A stretch of DNA of 64,000 nt from positions 69,566,001 to 69,630,000 of the forward strand of contig CM059438.1 of NCBI GenBank assembly GCA_030390025.1. Direction: 5' to 3'. The DNA comes from Squalus acanthias (Eukaryota). Both the position numbers and the translations under genes were made by a program. The notes under the pieces are model-generated. The model had not been told where the DNA came from and did no database searches. It saw only the letters and a program-made list of their open reading frames with translations. Shown one piece after another: positions 1 through 12,559 of this stretch (positions are counted from its first letter, which is position 1; the number at the start of each line of letters is the position of its first letter).

Positions 1-100
1 TCATAGAATCATAGAATGGTTACAGAAGGAGGCCATTCGGCCTGTCGAACCCATGCTGGCTCTCTGCAAGCGCACTTCAGCTAGTCCCACTCACCCACCC
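1..100 (-). mobile_element. CR1 LINE 3' end fragment
   Basis: (TCATAGAA)n is the reverse complement of the CR1 (ATTCTATG)n tail; followed by GGAGGCCATTCGGCC as in other CR1 tails here. Confidence 0.75.
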
Positions 101-103
101 TTT

Positions 104-850
104 TCCCAGGAGGGAATTCCAGAGCTTAGGGCCTTGGCAGCTGAAGGCACAGCCGCCAATGGTGGAGCAATTTAAAATCGGGGATGCGCAACTGGCTAGA
201 ATTGGAGGAGCGCAGATATCTCGGAGGGTTGTAGGGCTGGAGGAATTTACAGAGATAGGGAGGGGCGAGGCCATGGAGGGGTTTGAAAACAAGGATGAGA
301 ATTTTAAAATCGAGGTGTTGCTTAATCAAGAGTCAATGTAGGTCAGCAGGCAGAGGAGTGATGGGTGAACGGGACTTGGTACGAGTTAGGACATGGACAG
401 CAGAGTTTTGGATGACCTCAAGTTTACGGAGAGTGGAAGATGGGAGGCCAGCCAGGAGTGCATTGGAATAGTCGAGTCTAAAGGTAACAAAGGCATGGAT
501 GAGAGTTTTAGCAGCAGATGATTTGAGGCAGGGACGGAGTCGGGCGATGTTACGGAGATATAAATAAGCAGTCTTAGTGATGGCGTGGATATGTGGTCGG
601 AAGCTCACCTGAGGGTCAAATACGACACCAAGGTTGCGAGCAGTCTGGTTCAGCCTCAGGCAGTTGCCAGGGAGAATGATGGAGTCGGTGACTAGGGAAC
701 AGAGTTTGTGGCGGGGACCGAAGACAATGGCTTTGGTCTTCCCAATATTTAGTTGGAGGAAATTTCTGCTCATCTAGTACTGGATGTCGGACAAGCAGTG
801 TGACAAATCAGAGACAGTGTAGGGGTCGAGAGAGGTGCTGGTGGGGTAGA
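104..850 (-). mobile_element. L2 LINE fragment (RT C-terminal region, degenerate)
   Basis: Minus ORFs 333-773 (MSRNFLQLNIGKT...RLDYSNALLAGLP...HITP-like SPITP) and 126-329; reverse-complement match to the L2 at 37295-38230. Confidence 0.9.
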
Positions 851-1250
851 GCTGGAATACCTCATGATCCTGTTTTTCATCAGTTTGTGGGTTTGCAGTA
901 CCAGCTCACACTTGCTAAATTTGCAATCTCGGGGAAAAGTTGGACACAGTGGAGACGGCCAACAACTTGCAAAAGAGAGAGCTTAATAAGGATTTGTCAC
1001 TGAGCTAAATGGACAATGAAGTTCATTATAAACAAGATACTGCATATTAAGAAGCAGCTGTATGCTTTAATTGAGAGCTGGTATTCTGGAAGGATGAAAT
1101 CAAATAGGCCGGAAGACCTTCATCATCCAAACTTATCTTCTGATCTTGTGGTCACTGTGAATCATTCAATCCAATATCGCATCTATGCTGAATTTTAATG
1201 GCATAATCTGGACTCCTTATTCAGATGTGCCTGGCTGCATTCAGTAGAAC

Positions 1251-1378
1251 TGAAAAATCTGTTACTTCTCTAACTTTTTGCAGTTCTGACAAAGGGTCAT
1301 CGACCTGAAAAGTTAACTGTTTCTCTCTCCACGCTGCTGCCTGACCTGCTGAGTATTTCCAGCATTTTCTGTTGTTAT
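1251..1378 (+). mobile_element. Penelope-like pLTR fragment with degenerate hammerhead motif
   Basis: Matches the 3' repeat of the Penelope at 26400-26560; flanked by 11-bp direct repeat TTCAGTAGAAC (1240-1250, 1379-1389). Confidence 0.8.
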
Positions 1379-2906
1379 TTCAGTAGAACCGCTTTATTTA
1401 TAGGTAGAATGCATTTATTAATATATATTTATATATAATATACATTCATTAAAAGGTGTGTGCTCAAATGATTTGTTTGAATGGGGAGCAGAAAGCATTG
1501 TCAGAGGATGGGAGATCTGAGAAGTGGCCCAGCTGTCAGTTTATCCAGACAAGTGTCTACATTTACCCTAAAGGTGATTCCTATCATTTCTTATGCTGAT
1601 TCAGAGCCAGAGATTTCAAGTAGTTTCAAGTGGCAAATGAAGGTCGAGTTACAGGATAAACCTGACTTCTCTCGGCAATGCAAACGAGGTAGAAGCTCAC
1701 TATTTATCGCGTTCACTGAGCCACTTGATCATGTTGTTGCCTTGTAGCTGCCCTTTATTGTAGGGTATGTTTAACCAAGCAACATTGACTCTGGACTGCT
1801 GAAGGGAAGTGCAGCTGTGCAGTGTCATGCATGTTCATCCTTCCTTCACCTCAGACCGTTTCCAAAGTCTGTCAGCAGGAAACAAAGCGATTAGTGCAGT
1901 TTAGCCTAACCTGAAGACTAGTGTAATCCCCAGTGATGGGAAAACAGTATTTCTTCTATCACACAATCAGTTAAGGAAGCGGCAGCTTCCTCACTTGCCC
2001 TCAGGGTTAAGTATCAAACATTCTGTGCTTCTTTTGGGCGAGAAAGAGTGATGTGGGATAGATGCTGTCAGCTGAAAAGCCTGACTTTCACAAGCTGCAA
2101 GTACACATCTAACCTGTGGTGCCAGACATGATGTGGTTGTTAGCAGCCGGAAGAATCCCCACTCAAGAGAAACCCGAGACTCTGGTGACAGGGAAGCAAG
2201 CCGTTGGTATCTGTCTCAGCATGTGCTCAGCCAGTGATGTGCAGTCATTATTCACGGTGGAAGAGCTGCCTGACAGCAGATCAGCAACTAATGGGTTGAA
2301 CTGTGACACGCAAAGCGCTAACGTTGCCAGGAGTCCATGACAGCCCAAGGTCAAAGAATAAGATCTGTTCTCGATAGCATGTGGCTATAAAAGGAGATGG
2401 CTGCAGGGAGATGCTGGTGGAAGATACATGCAATGCCTGCAAAGAACAGAAGTACTGGTAATTTGGACCTGTGATGTTAAAGGAACTCGTTAAATATTAA
2501 GATTTGTTTATAGGGGAACAAATTGTGGAAACGCACTTTCTGCCTGGAAAGGAAGAATTCGGCAGGGATAAATGTAAAAGGTCCACAGGTGGTTCATTGG
2601 TCTGTAGAGGTTGTGGATTTTCAACTGTATTACAGCAAGGATTGCATTGATGAGGAATCTCTTGGCTGCTGTGAGGAGAAAAGAGCCAGTAGAATAGCAT
2701 GTCACTTTTGTCACTGACATTTTTGTGACTCATTGACATTTTGTGACACGTTGACATGCTTTGACACAATTTATGTCACTGCATCCAAGGAGTAATTCTG
2801 TGCTCCCAACAGGAAGCTATGCATGCAGGGATTGGGGGGAGGGGTATAGAATGGGGGCTATAGTGCCATAGCCCTGTCCCTGCCCTGCGCTCCCTGCAGA
2901 CATAGC

Positions 2907-3617
2907 GGGCTGGATTTTCATTGACCCGTGGAGGCGGGTTTGGAGACGTGTGGGGGGTTAAAATTGCGAAAACTGGCGGGCGGGCACAAGTCCGCCTCCA
3001 TCCCGCCTCCACGCAATTTTCATTAAATCGTGTCTGCTGGTCCCGACTCCGTCCCGCCTGTAAGAGGCGGGATAGGTTGTTAAGGCCCTTAACAAGCACT
3101 AAATTGGCTCTATAATGCCATTTTGAAAGGCCTTTGTGATTTTAACCCTTGTTATACGTGAAGCACGCCTGTTCTGAACCACGATTGTGAAACCTGGTGG
3201 GAGCACATTTGGATATGGATAGTTGATGCTTGCAGGCTGGCTGGCTGGCTGGCTATGGGGATGCATATATGGATGGATGGAGAGGAGACATATCTGGGAG
3301 TGGTGGTGTAAAAATATCTGGGCGCAGACTTAGGACTGCTGCTGCTCATTTTGCATCTAGGTCCTCTCACAGCAAAGGCCAGGCAGTCTTGCAGACCTTC
3401 AATGCAGCAGCAAAGATGACATCATCAGAGGCGACTTTCAGACTGAAAACACTAATTGGTTCATGGGTTCCCACATGCTGGAACTCAGTTGCCCAATTAG
3501 GTGAAAATTGCATCAATCTCCCACATCCAATTGCAGTCGGGTGGATAACACGAAAAGTGGATAACACCAACCCAGCCCAGCGTCTCTACTGGGAGCGTGA
3601 GATCACTGAATCGCCCC
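2907..3617. mobile_element. Degenerate GC-rich MITE-like element (Harbinger-like)
   Basis: Starts GGGCTGGATTTT like the termini at 51646 and 25063; ends GAATCGCCCC; TSD not clear. Confidence 0.5.
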
Positions 3618-3879
3618 TTTTAATGTTTTGATAAACACACACAGTTTGTCAAACACTTTTGTTTTGTTTTGTCAAAGAATGAGCACAGCTTAGAAATCCT
3701 GAAGAATGAGTTGATAGCTCATTAAGAAAATGTCTGTAAATAATTGTACAGAAACCTCGACAGAAGGGACGGTACAACATTGTTGTTCACATTCATTACT
3801 CTTCAAGGGGAGAAAACGTTGCACAAAGTTCTCAAGAATTATGCTTTTTTTTTCTTAAGGCCATTGGGGGAGCCACAAT

Positions 3880-4130
3880 TGGTGGCTTCAGTGCCCATTC
3901 GTTAAGGAGGATAGTCACCACTTATCAATTTTCAACGATGAGTCTTGTGTACATGTGGATATTGGGTGAGGACTGGATCAGATGGAGCTGCGATACCCAC
4001 AGTCAAATCGCCCGTTGAAACTCACTATCAAACACATTGGCCAATTGGGCACCTGGCTCCCGTGGAACCATATTCAGAGCGAGGTCAATGCCTTCAGGAG
4101 AGGAAAAGAGGGGACAAAGTTAGGGATAGA
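3880..4130 (+). mobile_element. Unclassified tRNA-headed SINE family ('SINE-X'), partial
   Basis: Shared core GGATATTGGGTGAGGAC...GGCCA(C/A)TTGGGCA...GCCTTCAGGAGAG, also at about 4410, 12560, 15935, 22260, 38850, 54390, 62740. Confidence 0.65.
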
Positions 4131-4409
4131 AAAGTTGACCAAACAGACACTTCAAATTGTTTCTAAACCTAAAAGATGTACGCACATGATGGTCCGCATT
4201 CTCACTCGCAGCAACTGTCTCATCGATTGCAGTGTGGAGAGTACTGGAGTTTCCAGGCAGTTGAATTTCTCTGCAGAGCAGGCAGGTTCACTCTGACTGT
4301 TGATGGGTATTTCACTTGTAGGCATGTTGAGCTTTCCCAGCTATGACTTGATATTTTTGACTGTAGATTAGCAGATGTATCTGTTCAAAGTGAAGAATGG
4401 TGATATTTC

Positions 4410-4760
4410 AGTAGATAATTGCACTGCATGGTGTGGTATTGAGTCACACTGACCAGGGAGGTACCTGTTGCCTGGCTGAATCAGCTTGTTCCCACCGAGT
4501 GGGTGAAGGTAGCCCGGGTTCCTGTTTCTGACTAATGATCCTTTCTGAAAAGTGCATGTTTGGATACTGGACGGGAAAATTATCCAATTTTGCCTTGATG
4601 CCCATGACTATTGAATATCCCTACTTCCTATTTTGAGACTTGTACAGGAAGAATGGCCACTTGAGGAAAGTACTGGGAGGCTACTACAACCTGAGGTACT
4701 GATTGCATGCATGAGGTATTGCCTTCAGGAGAGAAAGACTAAAGGAAGAAAATAAAATTA
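4410..4760 (+). mobile_element. SINE-X copy
   Basis: GAAGAATGGCCACTTG...GCCTTCAGGAGAG core and A-rich tail. Confidence 0.6.
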
Positions 4761-4964
4761 GAAATGATTGTATTTTGCAAACAAGGGCAAGGAATAATGT
4801 TACCCATATTTGGACAGTTTGTGAAGAATACTCAAACGCCTGGGCCTAAGGACGAAATTCTGAGTCAGCAACTGGTTTAAGAATGGTCGAGACTGCCCAA
4901 AGCCCAGGAAGGTATAGTGGTGGAAAAGAGTATTGACCATTCTGGGTAGGTGGCTGGAAGAAAT

Positions 4965-5200
4965 CACAGAATCATAGAAGTTTATGGCACAGAAGGAGGC
5001 CATTCAGCCCATCGTGTCTGTAAAAGAGCTATCCAGCCTAATCCCACTTTCCAGCTCTTGGTCTGTAGCCTTGCAGGTTACTGCAGTTCAAGTGCATATC
5101 CAAGTACCTTTTAAATGTGATGAGGGTTTCTGCCTCTACCACCCTTTCAGCCAGTGAAAAAAATTCTCCTCAACTCTTCTCTAATCTTCTACCATTAAAT
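4965..5200 (-). mobile_element. CR1 3' fragment
   Basis: CACAGAATCATAGAA tail plus 3'UTR, similar to 41661-42182. Confidence 0.8.
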
Positions 5201-7229
5201 GGTAACCATTGTAGACTGCTGCCTTAAAGTAAGCTTTTAAACAGGAGTCGGACAAGGAGATAAGCTTACCTCAGGCAGGAACTAATTAGGAGTGGGGAGA
5301 GACAGAGGTGGAGACCGGAAATGAAAACCAGACAGAGCAATTCAGATTATAACTAAGTGAACAAAGTATCACTAAATAAAACTGAAACTATTAAGTGCTA
5401 TGGGATAGATGAAAGTGTCTCACAATGCCATAAATTGAGCTACAACGCTGTATGCAACAAAATTGCTGTCGCAAAAGTGATGCCATCAAAAGATAGAATA
5501 GCTTATTTCTTTATGGTAAAATATACATTCATAAATCGAAGCTGAATCATCCAAACTGCTGAACCCAACACTTGCCCCACGAATTCATGGTTCTGCCTCT
5601 TTTTACTAAGTGCCCCCTCAGCGATTTAATTACTGAGCTATCTTGGCCGAAAGTAGAGTGTATTCTGCCACTGAGTTACGATGGCAGGATGGGTTTTTTA
5701 TTCTGTGGCTCGATTGTAAAGTCATAAAAGGTCAAACATATTCTTGTGTTAAGGGTATGCCTAATTATGCAGTACTAACAGTGTGTTACAGCAGCTGAAG
5801 TGTGAGTTGGAATTGGGGCAGTGAGAGCAGAGGGGATTCTGATACAAGTCTGCTGCCAATTTATCAGAATCAGTGCTGGCACTGGTACCAACATGACAAA
5901 CCCCTGAGGTGGGCCTGGGTTATCGTAGTACTGATTCTGAATGTACAACTTGGTTGATTTATCATGGCAGATGGGGATTGGATTCCATCCAATTTCAGGA
6001 CAAATACAACCTCTGGTCATCACAGTGGTATAACTCTACGTGTTGTGAAAGTTATCGCTAATGAGCCGAGAGCACACTCGAGCTTCTCTTAACTTAATTG
6101 ATGTGTTGAATGAGGTCTGGCAATAGGTGTTCGTGAGGAAATCAACCGCATATTAAGCAGGAAAAAGTTTATTCTAAGTTTAATAAAAGTAATTCCGAAA
6201 ATCTGCAGTCCCTGTGACTTGCTTTGCAGTTGGGCCTGCCATTTCACAGTACTTCCAAAGTTTAGCATGTGATATTTACCCAATTAAATTTGTTTTCTTA
6301 TCCTGGAGCATCCTATTAAATAATTTAAATTACCCCAAAGAGTTTCTTTTAAATATGGTGATAATTTATTGCCATAAATAAAATAGTAATTTTAAGATCT
6401 CCATTAGAGGACATTTATCTGAAATGTTTTATTTACTACGGCAGTTTTTTTATAGATACGGATATTAGATATATGGATAAAAATACAAAACAGTTACATG
6501 AAACCAACTCCCACTTGTCTTTTGATGGAAAGGCTTTGAAAATTTCATTTTCTTTGCATTTCAGGATTATCTCCTTAAGTGTTTTCCTACATTTAAGGGG
6601 GAAATCTTTATTGCTTACACTAAATGTTTGCATAGGCGAGGGACATAACGCCTGTTTCAGGCGGCTGCTCCGGATGCCTGAACATGTATGAGACCAATAT
6701 GACACAGCCCAGCGAAATTGGTCATGTTTGCCTCCCTTTTCATCAAGTAAGGTTAACAGAAGCAAGATTAAAGAAAACAGCAGATTTGGCCAGTTTGCAG
6801 TATTTAACTTGACTTATGTTATCTCTTTCCCAACAATAAATATCTCGTACCTGAAGCACTTCATGACAGTAACTCTTCTAGTTTGGACCAACTGTTACAA
6901 TTTAGGCACACTCCAAATACTTTTTCTCCTACCCAACACAAAGATCCAATCTCGCACTTTCTGAGAACCAAAATGTAACCTTATGCACAAACAGCTTTGG
7001 GATAGCACGTCTCACGTTGTGTAATGAAGCCCACGAGGGAATTACCTAGAGGTGATTCCTGTTACCACTACACTCTCCTGATCGCTTTCAAGTGATGGAC
7101 AAATAGCACTCTGACAGACAATATATCGCTGGGTACAACTGTGAATTAGTTTTATTGAAAAGCAAAATTAAATGGAAAATTAAATTAAAGGGAAGCTCAA
7201 GTCAAACAGCAGGTAAATGGATAAGCCAC

Positions 7230-7618
7230 AAGGTAGGTATTTAACAAAAGCGAAATACTGCGGATACTGGAAATCTGAAATAAAAGCAGAAACTGCTGGA
7301 AATACTCGACGGTTCAGACAGCTCCTGTGGAGAGAGAAACAGAGTTAACGTTTCAGGTCTGTGACCTTTTGTCAGAAAGGTCGAAAGGTCATCGATCTGA
7401 AACGTTAACTCTGTTTTTCTCTCTTCACAGGTGCTAACCTGACCTGCGGAGTAGATATTTTATTTGCCGCCCAGGTGTAAAACTGGCATTGTAACTCAGC
7501 TGCCTGTGATTAGCTGTCATTTCCATTGATTTCAAAGGAGATTAAAATTGGACAGTTGTTATAATGGACGGCTGATCTGCCAGTTTTGTGCCCGGGTCGC
7601 AAGGTGAAAATCTACCCC
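7230..7618. mobile_element. Palindromic MITE (GGGGTAGAT-terminus family) interrupted in its left TIR by the Penelope pair
   Basis: Right end AAAATCTACCCC; central CCATTGATTTCAA; similar to 52685-52864 and 16848-16953. Confidence 0.65.
7243..7450. mobile_element. Inverted pair of Penelope pLTR fragments
   Basis: Minus copy 7243-7378 and plus copy 7381-7450; candidate TSD GTAGGTATTT (7233-7242) / GTAGATATTT (7451-7460). Confidence 0.8.
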
Positions 7619-8545
7619 ATGGTGTTTTGCCCATCAACTGTCAGAGTGAACCTGCCTGCCCTGCAGAGAAATTCAACCACCTGGCAACGCCAGCACTCTC
7701 CGTCCGCACTGTGCAATCGATGCGACAGTTGGTGGGAGTGAGAATGCAGACCATCCTGTGCGCACCTCTTGAAGTTTAATCGTTCTCCGTGGCACGAAAT
7801 TTTAGACCAGCATCTGTGTTGCAAAGTTTGTAACTAAAATCGAGTATTTATGGAGCGTTCCCAGTCCCAGCTCATTGGCTGCTTGACAAATTAGAGATTC
7901 ATTGGAGAAACCTTTTATAAGGGCAGCTGTTGTACCCCCATCTTCACTTTGAAATCCAGACCGAGACAAATGGAAATCAAAAGGGTATATTTTATAATTA
8001 AATACAGCCGTCAATCGCAAAAAAGGTATTGAAGGCTTGCAGATTGCCTGACAAGATAACCGCCACATAATTCACACCCATCGGCATATATCTAGACTGT
8101 GAAAGCCTTGCTCATAGAACCATTTGATAGGACAAATGTAAAAGTCATGGACAGATGTAAACATTTGATGGCTTGGTGGTCAAGTTAAATATTTTTATCA
8201 TCTGCACGAACCTGGCAATTATTGACCTCAACTCCTATCTCTGGTAGTAATCAACCATATTGTCCTGTAGGTTTTGTTGTGTATTATCACCTTCCCTCTG
8301 TGGGGCATAAGAGAAGCGCAGAATCTCTCTCAGCAAGCAGTAATGAACTTGAAGTGATCACAGTGGTAGAAGAGCTACAACCCCCTGAAATATATATCAT
8401 AATTGTTATGAAATTAAACAGGACAGAGCCCTGAACCATCATGCAGGTATCAATGATGAGAAGTTTTCCATAAGATTGAACCCTCATGGCATTCAACTCA
8501 GCCATGCTTTTTAATGGAGTCACAGAATGGAACTCAGCGAGGGAA

Positions 8546-10178
8546 GAACATAAGAAATAGGAGCAGGCCATTCGGCCCCTCGAACCTTCTCCGCCATTTA
8601 ATGAGATCATGGCTGATCCGATTTTGGCCTCAACTCCACTTTCCTGCCTGCTCCCCATAACCCTTGACTCCCCTGTTGCTCAAATATCTGTCTGTCTCAG
8701 CCTTGAATATATTCAATTACTCCGCTTCCACAGCTCTCTGGGGTAAAGAATTCCAAAGATTTACGACCCTCTGAGAGAAGAAATTCCTCCTCATCTCCAT
8801 CTTAAATGGGCGACCCCTTATTCTGAGACTATGCCCCCTCATTCTAGATTCCCTGACGAGGGGAAACATCCGCTCAGCATCTACCCTGTCTAACCCCCTC
8901 AGAATCTTATATGTTTCAATAAGATCACCTCTCATTCTTCTAAACTCCAATGAGTATAGGCCCAACCTGCTCAACCTTTCCCCATAAGATAGCCCTTCCA
9001 TTCCAGGAATCAACCTAGTGACCCTTCTCTGAACTGCCTCCAATGCAAGTATATCCCTCCTTAAATAAGGGGACCAAAACTGTATGCAGTACTCTAGGTG
9101 TGGTCTCACCAGCGCCCTATACAGTTGTAGCAAGACTTCCCGACTTTTATACTCCATCCCCCTTGAAATAAAGGCCAACATTCCATTTGCCTTCCTAATT
9201 ACTTGCTGCACCTGCATGTTAACTTTTTATATTTCATATACGAGGACACCCAAATCCCTCTATACCGTCGCATTATGTAGTCTTTCTCCATTTAAATAAA
9301 ATTTTTCTTTTCTATTCTTCCTACCAAGGTGGATAACTTCACATTTTCCCACATTATACTCCATCTGCCAAATTCTTGCCCACTCACTTAACCTATCTAT
9401 ATCCCTTTTCAGACTCTTTGGGGGAAAATTTTGGTTGCTTTGCGCCCCCTGTTAGCGCCCTTTTAGGGCGCTAACGGGGCGCAAAGCAACTAGCGCCCAG
9501 GCACGGCGCCGCCAATGCCTCCGGCGAAATTCAGCGGGAGGTTAGCGGTAGCGGTAACCGTTAGCGCCCGGCGGCACTGCGCTGCCGGCGATGACGTCAG
9601 CGCCCCAGCCACGATCTTCGGTAGAGCCCCCTAACTTACCGCTGGACACTATGTCTGACAGGGTCTGGGGGAGCCTACTTGCGGCCGGGGCGGTGCTATT
9701 TAAAGGCGAGGTGCCGGGCGGCCATTTTTGTTGCCGGGTGCCTGCCAGCACCTGCCTCCGCTGCCGTCCCCAGCCTCCTGAGCGGCCCCCCTGCGGAGTG
9801 CCAGCTGCGCTCCATGAGCTCGGCACTTCTCTTGAGTGCTGGGTTCTTTTGCCAGCAATTCGATCCCCGGTGGCCCAGCTGGGCCCCAGGTCGTGCTGCA
9901 CAAGGCCCCTCCCCTTTAAGAAGGGGAGGAAGGCCTGCAATACCGTGGCACGTAACATCGCGATATTCCCTTGCAGCGCCCCAAGAGGGAGGCGGGGCGC
10001 TTCCATTAGCACCCCACTTCTCTCTTGGGGTGCCACCACTCAATTTCGGCTGTGGGCGCACTAAAAGTAGTGCCCTGGCCAAGTTAGCGCCCTGAAGGGG
10101 GCGTGACTCAATTTTTTCCACTTTACGTCCTCCTCACAAATAGCTTTCCCACCTATTTTTGTATTGTCCGCAAATTTT
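8546..10178 (-). mobile_element. 5'-truncated CR1 LINE split by a MITE
   Basis: Minus ORF 8717-9217 (LYRALVRPHLEYCIQFWSPY...WNSLP); CR1 sequence resumes after 10122. Confidence 0.93.
9420..10121. mobile_element. GC-rich PIF/Harbinger-like MITE (family A)
   Basis: Imperfect 16-bp TIRs, TTT direct repeat on both sides inside a CR1; left end nearly identical to 14081. Confidence 0.8.
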
Positions 10179-10417
10179 AAGGAAGGGAAATTTTAGCTTA
10201 AAGCCATTCACTTGCACTTACTAGCAGACAGCAGTGATGGTACAGCATTACCAAGATTTGGGAGCAGATCATTTGCCTAACTTCTTGGGGGAGGGGGAAT
10301 GATGCATCATGTGAAGAAACCACATAAAAGAAATGGGAGAAACAATAGATTTGCTAAAATAGAAATAAATCGTCTTATTTCCACATTGTGGCCATAGTAT
10401 ACTCCAGTGTGTTATCT

Positions 10418-11559
10418 TGAAGGGATAATTACTAGTCCTAGCCCCTTTAGGGCTACCCCGGATCAGGCGTATTCCTCAGACGTTCACTTTCAACTAAAGT
10501 TTGAGGTAGCCGAATCCTAAAGATGCTTAATTGGGTCTAAAAGTCTGGACTATCTCTCCCTAAAGGAAAGGAACAACCTGAGATGTTACCGTCCTCCAGA
10601 TAGCACTTTTAATAAGTTTAGTTAGACTGTAACGTTCCGGATATTATGAGGGTCCGGCAAACTCCCCCAGAATTCTGCAACTCCTCACCAAAGAGCGTAC
10701 AGAGATTGAATTCGCGAGTTTGATACAGAAGTCTTATGTGAGACAATTCTAAAAATATATAGATTTATTAAAGAACCGACATGCAGTTTACAGTTGGTGA
10801 GTCAATCGCAACATTAACAGTTCCAAAAAGAGAAAGCTTACAATCTTATTATCAGAACCTTACTTTCAAATCTTAACTTCGCTACAGTTTTACAGTTCTT
10901 AAAGTTCTATTCAGGATATCCATCAAAATCAAATACCTTTGATCCCCGAGGTACAAAGAGTTGGAGACTTACAGAACAGCCTCTGAAGCTGAGAATCGCT
11001 TTGCCCGATTAAAGCGAGTCTACTATCCCATTTGAGAGTTCAATATTTATACCCTTTTCCAGTGGTAATTCCTTTAAGGTTTTCTGCGGATGCAAGCTAA
11101 TTATCTCTAGTCATTTTTCTGCTGACCCCTGCAATGCTTACAGTCACCTCAGCTGGTAGCATTACTGAATCATGTCTCCTCTCTAGGTGTTCTAAGTTTA
11201 CGATAAAAAACGGTGTGACGGCAGGTGTGTTTTTTACTTGATGTCATTTTTACGAAGGCAGATGTTTCTTACTTTTATGTGCTTCTTTACGAAGTGTAAA
11301 TTAGAACTCCTTATCCAGGGTGAACCATTGTTTCATTTTGAAAGGTTCAGCCTGCCGGAGCCTTTAACCTTCTGTTTCAATAAGGATATTGATTCAGTGT
11401 CAACAACTTTCTTATCTTAATAGCCTGAATGCTTTCACAGCTTTTTCATAGTTAGGTTTCTAGATTTCCAAACCCAGTTTGTCATGTTTTAATAAGGCCA
11501 GAATTCTTTCAAAAGATAGTGTATTTTTCTGAATAGGTTATATGGCTTATTCCTTCACA
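10418..11559 (-). mobile_element. Solo LTR (ERV-like)
   Basis: Minus strand TGTGAAGGAATAA...TTATCCCTTCA (TG..CA with short inverted ends); 4-bp TSD ATCT (10414-10417, 11560-11563); TATAAATA at 11051-11044, then AATAAA at 10769-10764. Confidence 0.8.
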
Positions 11560-12559
11560 ATCTATGTAAAGCAGAGAGCATTAGAATCATAGAATCATGC
11601 AGCACAGAAGGAGGCCGCTCAGCCCATTGTATTAGTGCGGATTACTCAGGAAAAACCTCAGTTTGCTTACCTAACAACAGTGATTGCACTTCAACAACAA
11701 TTTGTATGTGCTTTAAGATAGTTCTCAAAGACATGATAAATATATAAACTTTTTTCCTTGTTAATTATTGTCATTTTGAGCCTGTTGGCACCCTGGTCTA
11801 CCATCCTAATTATGCCAAGCCATCTTTTTTCCTTTCATCAGCTTAGAGCTTAAGATGTCTTTTGTTCAGTCTAGGGGGGAGATTAGTGTATAAATTCTTA
11901 GCTAATGATAATTTAAGGGTCAAGACTTAGAGCTGTCTTCCACAAGGAAGAATTTATACAGATTTAGGATTTACTGTTAACCTGTAACAAAAACTTACAC
12001 AAATGTAGTTAATTTGGAGGAGTATAAATCATCAGACCTGTGAATTGGTCTTCCTGCTGATATGCAGGTAGATGGTTTGTATCTCAAAGGCATTGAAAAG
12101 AGAACGCAATATATCCTTGGAAAATACCAGAGAAACAAGTAATTTTAGCCAATCCCCACTGGTGCCAATTAGGAAGGTTGCTCCAACTACACTTGGGAGA
12201 TTAGTTCATCTCAGAGCATCTCAAAGATCAGCCCCAGGGCTGCGGATTATAATTCCAGTTAGTCGATTAGTTGCAGAGAATTGTGGGAATGAATTGCTTC
12301 TGATACATTAGCTACAATTATATTTTACACAATCTTCTGCTTGTGAAATTTTTTCCTAGACCGTGTTGTCATCTGGAATTTTGTCTTTTTTTCAAAGACG
12401 TTTAAATCCAAAGCTACCATCGCTTGCTGAACGAGGCTTGTTGGAATATGAATGGTCAATGTCTAATGAAAACATTTAAGGGTACAAGCAAAACATTCAT
12501 TTTTGTAGAGAAATTATGTTAAGGTCCAAAATGAATTGAAGATGCTCAACAGGTTTGTC

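Noticed and set aside
9542..10121. Several overlapping 140-165 aa ORFs on both strands
   Set aside because: They lie inside a GC-rich MITE, where stop codons are rare; no recognisable domain.
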